Assembly: GCF_001194135.2 (NCBI RefSeq)
Contig: NC_068990.1
Location: 32,647,900-32,711,899 of the forward strand
Reading direction: 5' to 3'
Source of the DNA: Octopus bimaculoides
Lineage: Eukaryota
DNA: 64,000 nucleotides
Part shown: one piece after another, positions 51,761 to 64,000 of the stretch
How positions within the stretch are numbered: the stretch's first letter is position 1
Layout: every line of letters begins with the position of its first letter
Notes under the pieces: model-generated
What the model was told of the DNA's origin: nothing
Databases searched by the model: none
Seen by the model: only the letters and a program-made list of their open reading frames with translations
Made by a program: the position numbers and the translations under genes

Positions 51761-53633
51761 TACAGATGATGTAGTGGTGATGGTGGTGGTGGTGATGGAT
51801 AGGGGTGATATAGGAGGTACAGCTGAGGTGTTTGACTGCCGATACTTCATTTGCTTTCATTATATTACTACCAGAAAAATGAGCAGCAAATTCAAACTGG
51901 GTGAGATTTGAACTCATTTTCAACAGCAATTCTCCTGCATTGCTCTACTGGTTCAGCCATTTCACCATCAATAAGAATAATAACAATAATATCAACAGCA
52001 ATAACAATAATAACATGAACTGGATTTAGAAGAAAATTTAGCTTAATTGCAATATTTGGTGCCAGATTGGCTAAATGGACATTAAACTGACAATGTTAGA
52101 ATTGAAAGTCAAAGATAACGATGAAGCCAATTGAGTGGAAGTATACTGGAAGTGCTTTCTGCAAAGTTCGTGTTGATATATGCACACAGATACATACTTT
52201 TATAGTCATCTACAACACCCAAGAGACCATTTATACTGCACATAACTCTCTCACTTCATGCACAGTTATGCACAAACCTTCACATCTACATAAACCCACA
52301 CATCTGCAGCATGTTCAGAGCAATCATATTGGACTGAAGTCACTGGAACACACAGTTCCACATGGATGCATTGCTGCACACACTGCATTCTAAATGGTGT
52401 TTTCTATATATATATATATATTAGCAACATAGATCTCTGATGAAGATCTGTTGAGATACTCGTACACAATATCACACATGCATGCAACTGTTGTATACAA
52501 ACGTCCTCACACACACACATACATATACACACAAATTAATTCTAATAAAAATAGACTGCACTTTTCATAATGTTGTATAAGGAGTCATACTAATGATTAA
52601 CAGATAAGGATCTGTATGTATGCATGTATGTATATGTGTGAGTGTATGGGCGAGTATGCATAAATGTGATTTACATACATTTTACTGAAAACCTTGAAGT
52701 AGGTATAGACAAACACTTTTAAACTCATATACACATATGCATACATATGCATATTCATGCAAACACATATACATACGTATGTACACATATACAAAACGTG
52801 TAAGTGTGACATTGTTGCATGTAAATACTTTTCTACTGAAACCTAATTTATATACATTAAACTAAGTTATTACAATAAATTAATTGGTTGAAATATATAT
52901 ATAACCTCTTGCTTGCTATATTTCCATAGTTTGATAACAAATAAAAAAAAAAAAAAAAAAAAAAGAAATGGAAAGAAGAAAAAAATTCTCTACTGTTAAA
53001 GGGAAGCTTGGAGAGAATTGACAGCTATTATTGCCTGGAAAATGGCCACAAAGAATTTCAAAGACTCAGAACCCTAACACCATACACATATATATGCATA
53101 TACATACATATATATATATGTACGTACATATATATATATTTATATATAGATGTATGTATGTACACACATTTATTCACATACACACATACACAAATAAATA
53201 TATATTCACATGCAAACGCATATATGTTTTATACAAATGCACACATACATGCATAAAGATGTAGGATTTTACATACAAGCACACACACACGCGCACACAC
53301 ATGTATTCACTTTTATACACATGCATAAACATATACATGTACTTCAAACCAACATGTGCTTAGTCACATGGCCAGTGACACAACGCAGTATATATTCCTG
53401 CCAATAATTTCTGCCTCTTCCTTAATAACAGACATTTCTCTGCAGTAAAGAAAATACCTCTGCTATGTTCTTAACCAACGACATTGCTGGAGAACCATTG
53501 AAGATGTCATCTTCATATGTTTTGGATAAATCAGTTTTGGAGGGTGGGGGCATTACCAAAGGAAGAGTTGAATTTTGCACAGCAAGTTATTCCATTTATC
53601 AATTTTATAATGCAACTACTAGGCACAGGTGTG

Positions 53634-53990
53634 CTAAACACTGTACTATCACTCCACTGTAGTGTTGCTGTCTCACTAACCACTATACTTACACTACATT
53701 GTAGTCCCACCAAACTCAATACTGTCCCATCAAGCTCTACACTGTCATTCCACTTGAGTTCCACTGCTCTACCAAACACTGTACTATCACTCCACTGTAG
53801 TCTTGCAGTCGCATCAAGCACTACTCTGTCACTCCACTGGAATTCCACTGCTCTACCAAACATTGCATTATCACTCCACTGTAGTCTTGCTGTCCCATCA
53901 AGATCTACACTGTCACTCGACTGGAATCCCACTGCTCTATCAAACACTGCACTATCACCCCACTGTAGTTCTGTCCTACCAGCCACTTCA
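53634..53990. repeat. Degenerate 84-bp tandem repeat with shorter internal sub-periodicity
   Basis: CTA(C/T)CAAACA(C/T)TG(T/C)A recurs at 53769, 53853 and 53937, with a related unit at 53634. Confidence 0.8.
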
Positions 53991-54404
53991 CTGCCATTCC
54001 ATAGTAATTTCTCTATCAAAACACAATTTGATAGACAATTTTGAAACACAATTTCCCTTCTGAATTCAAATGTTAGTAAGGTTACCAAACTGTCCATCTC
54101 CTCATACTCAACCATAAATACAATTTAACTAATAGGGTTAATTATACTTCTACCTCCAACATTATTTTCCTTTGCACCAAATATACAACTCATTATTAAG
54201 ACCATTTAGCAGAACATGTAAAGTGCTGGATTAAATGTCATGCTACAAAAAATTTTTGTGTTCAAATCCTACCAAGGTCGGCTTTGCTTTGCACTCTCGT
54301 GTCCCATTAGATTAAATACCAGCTAATTAGAGAGGGTAATTGAATTAACAATATATCTTATCAATAAATACATGACCTGACACCTTAGTAACAAATCTAA
54401 ATTA

Positions 54405-54745
54405 TTAGAGCTGTGAAGGTACATAGCTCTGTGGTTAGAGCATTGGGTTTACAACCTTGAGGTTATGAGTTCGATTCCTGGATCAGGTTGTGTGTTGTGC
54501 TCTTGAGCAAGACACTTTATTTCATGTAGTTCCAGTTCACTTAGTTGTAGAGATGAGTTACTACATCACTGATGCCAAGCTGTATCAACCTCTATCTTTA
54601 CCTTGGTCAACATTGATATAGAGAAGGAAGACAGGTATGTACAGGTAACTGGTTGTTTTCCACAAACAATTTTGCTCAGACTTGTGTCTCAGTGGGGAAC
54701 TTCCCAGGTGTAATCCAATGGTCATTCTTGACCAAATCTCCAGCC
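54405..54745 (+). mobile_element. SINE family C copy
   Basis: Homologous to 10056-10382. Confidence 0.8.
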
Positions 54746-55479
54746 ATTTATATTTACCAAATGTTAAACCTACATGAGATTGAAACAGCAGCTAAACCTC
54801 CTTCGTTACACCTTATCATTTTAAAACAAAGGATGAACATGTACTTAATAACAATGGATGGCCATGGTTGGAACACCTTTTATCATAAGTCTGCTCAAAC
54901 CACAACTGAACAGTGTAACTTTTATGTGAAACATCAATAAAATATACTCAAGTGGTCTATGTTGTTAACTACTCTAGAACAGATGCCTTTATTTCAATAC
55001 TGAGAGACTTGCATCTGACGCAATGCCTCAATGTAATCTAGTTATCCCTAAATATAATCTTATGGTCTCTCTCTTCCAATTCTGTGCATTAATTTGCATA
55101 GCAAGCACTTCTGACTATATTATGTATGGTTTCCTCATCTTAATTGTTGCTTTCACTATGATTTGGCTGTGTACACTCTAGCCTTCTCTGGGTGTTTTGT
55201 GATCCACCTCAGTTCCATGCCTGGTATTGAACTCAGAAACTCTAGGTGACTGCATTTGCATTAACTAGTACTTTTATCCACTACATTATGTATGCAGGCA
55301 GTATCAGAGTGAATTTTTAAGACTTCAAAACCTCCATTGATTTCTGTGAGTCAGCACCATACTAACTGGATCATACAAGCAAGGCATTAAGGTGGATCAC
55401 AGGACATCTAAAGAAGACTGATACATAATGGAAACAACAACTAAGATAAGGACACCTCTCTGACTAATACAAAATGTAT

Positions 55480-56013
55480 AGGTGCAGGAGTGGCTGTGTG
55501 CAAGAAGCTTGCTTCTCGACCACATAGTTCTGGGTTCAGTCCCACTGCATGGCACCTTGGGCAAGTGCCTTCTACTATAACCTCAGGCCGACCAAAGCCT
55601 CATGAGTGGAATTGGTAGATGGAAACGGAAAGGAGCCTGTCGTATATATATCATCATCATCCTTTAACGTCTGCTTTCCATGCTAGCATGGGTTGGACGA
55701 TTTGACTGAGGACTGGTGAAACTAGATGGCTACACCAGGCTCCAATCTGATTTGGCAGAGTTTCTACATATGTGTGTGTATGTGTGTATGTGAGTGTGTG
55801 TATTTGTGTGTATGTGTTTGTCCCTACCACCATCGCTTGACAACTGATGTTGGTATGTTTACGTATCCGTAACTTAGTGGTTCACTAAAAGAGACCGATA
55901 AAATAAGTACTAGACTTACAAAGAATAAGTCCTGGGGTTGATTTGTTTGCCTAAAAGTCGTGTTCCAGCATGGCCGGTGTCAAATGACTGAAACAAATAA
56001 AAGAGTAAAAGAG
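55480..56013 (+). mobile_element. SINE family A copy with an antisense RTE tail (55651-55768) in its central (TA)n
   Basis: Head, then TATATATA, then TCATCATCATCCTTTAACGTCTGCTTTCCATGCTAGC...TTTCTACA, then (TG)n and the 3' half. Confidence 0.85.
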
Positions 56014-57519
56014 TATAGTCTACATCTCAGAAAATATAGAATTGTATTATTCCTGAACATGTTGTAATGTTACAAGAACAAGTGTATGTGCTTTTGTTAG
56101 CCTACAATTCTAACTTCACGACTTAACTGCTGACCTGTAAAAAATAACAACAAGCTAGATTGTCCATTATTAAATGTCAGATGAGAATTGTTGATTGTCT
56201 TGATCAACCTTGCCATAGACTCCAGCTCTGATTATGGTCCATGTGCAACAGAATCGTTACTCTTTGTTAGTTTATTCCGCATTAAATTCATCACGCACAT
56301 CTTGAAAGAGAGTCATCATCTTCAGCTCCCAAGAGACAACTAAAGAAGAATATTCCATCGTATTGTTTCTGTTGCTGTGTTAGAAATAAGTTAATGAAGA
56401 AATTTGTTGGTGTGACAAACTCAAACAAAAGCACCTCAATCTAAACATTAGTGTCTGCTTCATCACACCATACTGCACCGATGTCCACATCTTCAGTTTG
56501 TGCTGCCAATAAACCAAGTTACCATCAATGGAAATTCTTCTGATTAGTTAATAAATCAAATTGTATTGTCTTCCTTCGAATTATGGTCAATAGGAATCAA
56601 AACAACTTGTTTCTCTATTCTTTCTCTCCTCCTCCCCCACCACCCTGCCTCGACACCACCCATCCTTCCACACCACCGCAGACACACAGACAGAATTCAT
56701 AATTCATTATTCACAAAATAAAAGAAAATTTAAAAAATAATAAACACGAACTAACCAGAAATATTGAAGGAAAATTATTTTCATAGAGAGTTTCTTCTGT
56801 GTATAGTTTTGAATACATTAATGTTTAATTCATAAGGATTGATTCAAAACCATGACTAGATGGTGGTGGTGGTGGTGGTTGTGGTTGTGGTGGTGGTGGT
56901 TGTGGTGGTGGTGGTGGTGGTGAGAGAGGACAAAGAAAGAATGGAAGCTGGAAATTTTGTCAGTGTTTTAAACATTTGCAATGTTATTTCAGCTTTTCAT
57001 TTCTCGAATGTTAATTGTGGAAAGATGTAAGCAAACATTACTTCTTTCACACCCTACCAAGCTGAACATAATCATAAAATAAGCAGGCATGTGTGCACGC
57101 ACACACACACACACACACACAAAAGATATTCATATTCACAGAAACATACATACACACATATAAACATATGTTCTCTGATTAAAAATATTAGGTTCAAATA
57201 TATGCAACTTTGGAGTATGTTCACATGCATTCAAATGCTCATGGGCACATGCACACACACACAAAAAGGTTGGAAATGTTCCAGATATTGGTGGCTTCAT
57301 AGATGATAAGTCGCTATTTTCCCCAGTCACAACCAATACCCCATGCCACAAATCTATTCTGTGATTTGATGTTTCTTTTTCAGTTTTATTATTATGACTT
57401 TGGTACTGCTTCTGCATGTTATATCACTCAGTTTTCTACCCACTTGAGTATTACTAGACACTCCTGTTGGAGTATGAGGGGAGCAATAGTGAGAGTTGGA
57501 TAATACTTCTATCTGTTGA

Positions 57520-57790
57520 TGTTTATCGTTGCCAGTACCGCTGGACTGGCTCCTGTGCAGGTGGCACATAAAATACACCATTTCGAGTCTGGCCGTTGCC
57601 AGTACCTCCATGGCACGTAAAAGCACCCACTACTGTCTCAGAGTGGTTGGCGTTAGGAAGACCATCCAGCTGTAGAAACTCTGCCAAATCAGATTGGAGC
57701 CTGGTGTAGCCATCTGGTTCACCAGTCCTCAGTCAAATTGTCCAACCCATGCTAGCATGGAAAGCAGACGTTAAACGATGATGATGATGA
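57520..57790 (+). mobile_element. RTE LINE 3' UTR/tail
   Basis: Nearly identical to 17370-17640; ends in (GAT)n. Confidence 0.85.
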
Positions 57791-58309
57791 AACATGTAAA
57801 TTCCTGTAAGGGAAGAAGAGGTATGTCCAATAGTAACATAATCCTAATCCAGTCTGTTACTATTGGTGTTCAGTTCCTCAGTCTTAGAGCAATGAATGAT
57901 AAAGTCAATTGTAGCATGATTTAACCCTTATATAATGGGCATCATTAACTGATATTTTATTAGAGAATAGACATAATCTATTGATATTTCAAAAATTTCA
58001 CATGGATACCGCTATCCTCAATTGGTACCTGAGGGTCTACTTTGTCAAATGTGCCTAAGCACCTTATTGATGAGAGAAATCAAGTTGCAAATGGAAGATT
58101 TAAACAGTGTTGAGGAAGAAGGTTGCATGCTGATGAGGATGCTCTAGATAGAGCAAAAGAAAGTGATACTTCAAATATCTTTGGATGGAAAAGGTGCACT
58201 GATTTTTCTACATTTGTACATTAGTTTGACAACAGTGCAGGAGTCTCAAATGAATTTATGCTCATGCCAGATATGCAAAGGAAAGTGAATATTTTACAGC
58301 ACTTTCGAG

Positions 58310-58520
58310 TGAGGTCATTGCCAGTGCCACTGGACTGGCCTTCGGGCCGGTGGCATATAAAAGCACCCACTACACTCTTGAAGTGGTTGGCATTAGGAAG
58401 AGCATCCAGCTGTAGAAACTCTGCCAGATCAGATTGGAGCCTGATGCAGCCATCCGGTTCACCAGTCCTCAGTCAAATCGTCCAACCCATGCTAGCATGG
58501 AAAGCGGACATTAAATGGTG
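58310..58520 (+). mobile_element. RTE LINE 3' tail
   Basis: Same tail family. Confidence 0.85.
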
Positions 58521-58654
58521 ATTAAAGTAAAAATAAGTGTAAAAATTAGCCTTAAGAAAAAAAGATATCTTTTGTTTTTTTCCCATTTACACACACATTC
58601 ATGCAACCTTTTACTGCTATTTAAGGGTAAATGCTGGAGAGGAAGAGAGAACAA

Positions 58655-58862
58655 ATTAGTTTCAAGGTCAGTGTGTTCAAAGGAAGGGGTAAGTTGATAA
58701 CATCGACCCCAGTACTCAACCAGTATTTATTTTACTGATCCTAGAAAGATGAAAGACAAAGTTGACCTCAGTGGAATTGGAACTCAGGACATAAAGCTGG
58801 ATGAAATGCCACTAAGCATTTTACCCAGGTTGCTAACGATCTTGCCACCTTACTGCCTTCAA
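58655..58862 (-). mobile_element. SINE family B copy
   Basis: Reverse complement of family B. Confidence 0.75.
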
Positions 58863-61800
58863 GAAGGCAGAACAAATTAGCAAAACATTTAATGCTGCAG
58901 TCTACTGCTTTAGCTCTTATCACTTTGAGCTTTGACTCAGTTTTAAGCACTTAAACAATGGAGTGTGAGTATGAATGATACCTATTTTCAATTTATTTCA
59001 ACTGAACAACAAACGAAATATCTGACTGTTGTTGCTAATAAAGTGGTAATTGTTCACGCAATTATGAACTAAACATGGTGTAAATGTAAATAATGAAAAA
59101 AAAAACATCTTTCATATTTGAAGATGAAGTTAATTGCCTGAAAATTTATAATTGCATGAATACTAAATTGCTTGAGTCACAGCCAAAAAAGTCAACAACT
59201 ATTGTATTATCCTCATTATCAATATTTAAATGTCAATTTTATTTTAGCCTAGGTCAGCTTGAATGGTTATTCGGTTGTATTGCCATGTCCGGCCATATTG
59301 TAACTAGGCTTATTTTTGACACTTGTTCTGTTTGGTCCTGCTTGTGACATTTCTTCTAGTATCTTCCTCAACCATGGTAACCCTCCTCCTCTACTGTCAG
59401 TTATCTCACTTGTATACATTTGATAACTTTAATGTCCAGCCTGCTTGAGAAACATATCACAGGTGAGCTAACATTATCTACCCACCACATCAGGTTCATC
59501 TCATTTCTCCCCAACCTTACAGGTCTTCCACATTCAACTGCAATGCCTTGTTATGTTAATCAGCTTTAGAAAATCTGTCTCAGTGACAGAAAAATACTTT
59601 GTCATATAAGAGTTGTCTAATTAGTTTATGAACTTGATTTCATGGACAATCTTCTAATTGACTTCTCCTTGTACGTCTGACATAGTCATTTACTGTCTGC
59701 AAGAAGTTCTACTACATCTCTTACATACCCAATACTTGCTCTGACTACATCGTATTTGTACAATGTTCCTATTTTCCCCTAGTCTTCATATCTCATAACA
59801 CCACTTCATCAGTGGTGCTGAGATTTTATGCACCTTCTCACTAATTACAACTTTGATGTTTGCCATGCAAATGTTTATAATAATGTTTTTTTTCATATAC
59901 ATATATTTGCAACAGAGATGATAGGTGAGGAGAGACTATGAGGATCAATTACAAAGATGGTGGTGGGAAGTAAGGGACCCATAGAGTTAATTATAAAAAG
60001 AAAGAGGTATGGAAAACAAAAGACAATGATGTTGATTAAAACAGAATTTTAATTTTTTTCGGAGAAAAAGAATGACATTTTGGAAATTTATTTTCCATTT
60101 CTCAACAGTGACATGTTTGGTTGGTACCTCAACCATTCAAGGATTTCTTTGTAATTTGTCCCCACCTCTTTTTCACTGAACAAGGCCTAACTTAAGTGAA
60201 AGGAACGCATGCATGAAATTCACAGACTTTATGACTAGAAATGTAGAGCAAGTAAATTTAATCTTTTTGTTACCATATTTCTGATGAAATATACTGCCTT
60301 AGTTTCAACTCTGTTTGAAAAAAATAATGAGGAATTAATAGTAAAACAACTTAGTCATTATTATGGTGGTGTTTGGGACATAAATTAACATGAAATTTTA
60401 AAACAGGAAGTTTGTATCATAGAACCTGAGGTGGTCTCTGGCATGTTGGTATTAAAAGGGCTCGAGAACATTTTTCATGACAAGGCATATGACAGGATTA
60501 ATTTAATAAAATAGAAAAAAATAACCCCTACAATATGACAACACATCTTAATGAATCCTTTCAATGTTAGTTTTACACTCAATGAGTCAATGTCCCCCTT
60601 ATTCTTGTGGCAAATAAATGAAATCATTATTATAGTTGTTATCATTGAACAGTGTATGTAATGTGCTTAGAATAGCTATTTCACCCTCAATGACTTGTTG
60701 AGCTCCTCTTATAATCATTAAAGTTGACAGATGTGATGCAAAACTTGAAAAGGATTGTTTCTTACCAGACTGCCTTACATAACATGTGCTACAAGAAAAA
60801 AACAGGCTTTAGCAGTACCCTACTGAACAGATTAAACTATATGTATTCTTTAAGGTGAGGAAATGTATTTCTCTTATCTTATTTTGGTTGAATGAAACAA
60901 TATATTATTCACATTTTGATTGGTTTTAACAAAGAAAATGAAACTACACAATGTTTTTTTTATGAATCTAATGCAAATTCTTAAATTTGCAGAACTGCCC
61001 AACCAATAATCTAAGTTTAATATACCATCATACAGTTATCGTCCGTGGAATATACAGAATAAATTTCTGTTTCAATTTTGTTTACATAAGAAAATTGCCA
61101 TAGCCTTAAGAAATAGTAAATGTTATTATTTTGAAATTATCTTTCATGTAGAGAGAAAATACTATGAGAAAGGGATACATTTTTTTGAGTCAATTTACTA
61201 ACTAATATTATATTCTAACAACAACTATTACAAAATAGAAAAACCAGCACAGGGGGTGGGGGGAGAATAAAAAGAAGCTGAATACATTTTTGAAATAATT
61301 TATTTCTTTTTTAAAATAAAATGAAATGTATCTCAATTTTCCTTTAAATTCTCACTCTTTCTTTTCAACAATATTTTGTATAGAAAAGTCCTTTTAACAT
61401 TTAGCAATAGAGAATATTCTGAGAATATTTAAAACACTAGTCTGTGTTGCATCGATTCAAAATATCTGCTTCTCCCAAGAGCTCTTACACAATTTTCTAT
61501 GATTGAAACAACTTGTCAAAAGGTTTCCATTGAAAATAACCAAAGACATTTTAGGGGTGGGGTAGTATTGAAAAATAAAACTGATGGAACAATAGTTTTA
61601 GGATAGCATTGTCAGTAATAGGTTTTGTTTATTTCCTTTTATTTTATTTTCTACTACATCATATTGACTATGGGATTTTATATCCACCATATTGGTTTTC
61701 TTCAATAAAACCTAAACTGTCATAAATATAACAATAAATTTAAAAAATACTGCTTCAATGTAGTTTAGATATAAACAATTTGGACAAAAAGAGAAGAGAA

Positions 61801-62819
61801 ACTAATTTTTGTAAGAATTCATTCAATTTTCAGGGTGTTTTCTTTTTATTTTGTTTCTTTAATATTATCATGTTAGATTTATCTACTTCTAAAATTTAAC
61901 TTGTAATAGTTTTTTGTTGTTGTTTCCTTATATTTTTCTTTTGTCAATCTCTCAGTTATGTGTATTACATTTTCTCTTCAATTCTCTTTAGTATAAAGTA
62001 ATTTAGGAGATTTAAGAGTCAAGAAAACATTATCAACATCTGACCATATCAAACGAAATTACTTCAAAATAACACAGGGAACCGTTTACATTGATTAGTA
62101 TCTAATAACCAAGAGACATGTTAGTTCCTTTTCCACTAACTTTATTTAAAATTCATTTCATTACATTGATCTCCCTAAAAGTTTTAAATTTGATTTCAAA
62201 ATTAATTCTTTCAACGAAATACTTGTTAACCCATCTCCAACCCTAAAACAAAAAACAAATGAAAGCAAAAAGTGGTTCTTTCTGATAATCATTGGACCCA
62301 TAATAATGCTAGATTGGATATGTATCACTATTAATTCTTTCTACCATGGGCACAAAGCCTCAAATTTTGGGTGACGGTGTTAGTTGATCACATTGATCCC
62401 AGTGAGCAAATAGTACTTAAGGTTTTATATTTTGTTGCAAGTAAGTTGAGATAATGTAACATACATTGAATTATTAACATAAGAACTGTGAATAGAGGTA
62501 AGATCATCTTTATGGTGTTAGTTTCATAGAAACTTACCTTATTCTTGTTGCAATTACCATCATTGCTACTTGAAATAAGTATGAAGGTGCTTTTTGCTTC
62601 TTTACAAGAGGGAATTGGATGTGATGGCATTCATGCCTAAACTAGAGAACATGTTAGGAAAAGGAAGTGGTTCTTAACCAGAATCAAAATTTCATTACAG
62701 ACATAGCGTAGTGGAAGCTCATCTGTTTATCTACAGGTAGTGCACTTTATATCATAATACAGAACCTGGAAACATATGTAGTTGGGAAGCAAGCTTCTAA
62801 CAAGAAAGCTACTTCTTTG

Positions 62820-62865
<46 letters not shown>

Positions 62866-63869
62866 NNNNNNNNNNNNNNNNNNNNNNNNNNNNNNNNNNN
62901 NNNNNNNNNNNNNNNNNNNNNNNNNNNNNNNNNNNNNNNNNNNNNNNNNNNNNNNNNNNNNNNNNNNNNNNNNNNNNNNNNNNNNNNNNNNNNNNNNNNN
63001 NNNNNNNNNNNNNNNNNNNNNNNNNNNNNNNNNNNNNNNNNNNNNNNNNNNNNNNNNNNNNNNNNNNNNNNNNNNNNNNNNNNNNNNNNNNNNNNNNNNN
63101 NNNNNNNNNNNNNNNNNNNNNNNNNNNNNNNNNNNNNNNNNNNNNNNNNNNNNNNNNNNNNNNNNNNNNNNNNNNNNNNNNNNNNNNNNNNNNNNNNNNN
63201 NNNNNNNNNNNNNNNNNNNNNNNNNNNNNNNNNNNNNNNNNNNNNNNNNNNNNNNNNNNNNNNNNNNNNNNNNNNNNNNNNNNNNNNNNNNNNNNNNNNN
63301 NNNNNNNNNNNNNNNNNNNNNNNNNNNNNNNNNNNNNNNNNNNNNNNNNNNNNNNNNNNNNNNNNNNNNNNNNNNNNNNNNNNNNNNNNNNNNNNNNNNN
63401 NNNNNNNNNNNNNNNNNNNNNNNNNNNNNNNNNNNNNNNNNNNNNNNNNNNNNNNNNNNNNNNNNNNNNNNNNNNNNNNNNNNNNNNNNNNNNNNNNTAT
63501 ATATATATATATAGCCTATATGTATGTTTATTCACTTCATGACTCTGTGATAGATTCAATGTAGATATTCTCATCTTTAAAAAGATACGAAAAATAGATC
63601 CTAGGTTCGATGGAACATTCAGACTGATGAAAATAATAATGATGATGATGATGAGAGAGGGGGAAAAGGGAGAAGGAGGGAGAGAGATGGAGGAAGAGAG
63701 AGGTGGAGAAAGAGAGAGAGGTGGAAGACTAGATTTGTTCTAATATCAAATTGTAAGGTGCTAAATCTGGACACTACTTCCGAGAATCTAATTAACAACC
63801 ATGAAGTCATTACTGAAACAAAACTAACCAGAAATATTCAATAAGTTTCTTTCCCTTGAATCATCACCA

Positions 63870-64000
63870 CTATCGTTTAACGTCTGTTTCCATGCATGCT
63901 GGCATGGGTTAGATGGTTTGACAGGAGCTGGCCAGCCTCTAAATTGTCTGTCGTAGCATGGTTTCTACAGCTGGATGCTCTTTCTAACACCAACCACTTT
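63870..64000 (-). mobile_element. RTE LINE 3' tail, cut by the window edge
   Basis: CGTTTAACGTCTGTTTCCATGC...CAGCTGGATGCTCTTTCTAACACCAACCAC. Confidence 0.8.

Overview
AT-rich, microsatellite-dense eukaryotic DNA with about 12 N-gaps. The repeat repertoire (three tRNA-type SINE families, RTE LINE 3' ends ending in (GAT)n, mariner) looks like a cephalopod, probably Octopus, draft genome; that assignment is from recall, not a search. I find no host protein-coding gene I can support. Nearly all ORF-track entries are translations of simple repeats, SINEs or N-runs, so the window is probably intronic or intergenic. The best-supported coding-derived feature is a near full-length mariner transposase pseudogene (14824-15858, one frame, three premature stops). 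There are also decayed fragments of several LINE clades (RTE, CR1-like, R4/Dong-like, Ingi/Vingi-like), an internally deleted mariner, a hAT MITE with an 8-bp TSD and a Tc1/mariner MITE. Structural oddities include three palindromes/foldbacks, 18-, 19- and 84-bp minisatellites, a head-to-tail SINE cluster and elements nested in (TA)n tracts. I saw no convincing novel multi-gene system; the findings are mostly transposon architecture plus a few weak exon candidates. SINE and LINE-fragment boundaries are approximate.
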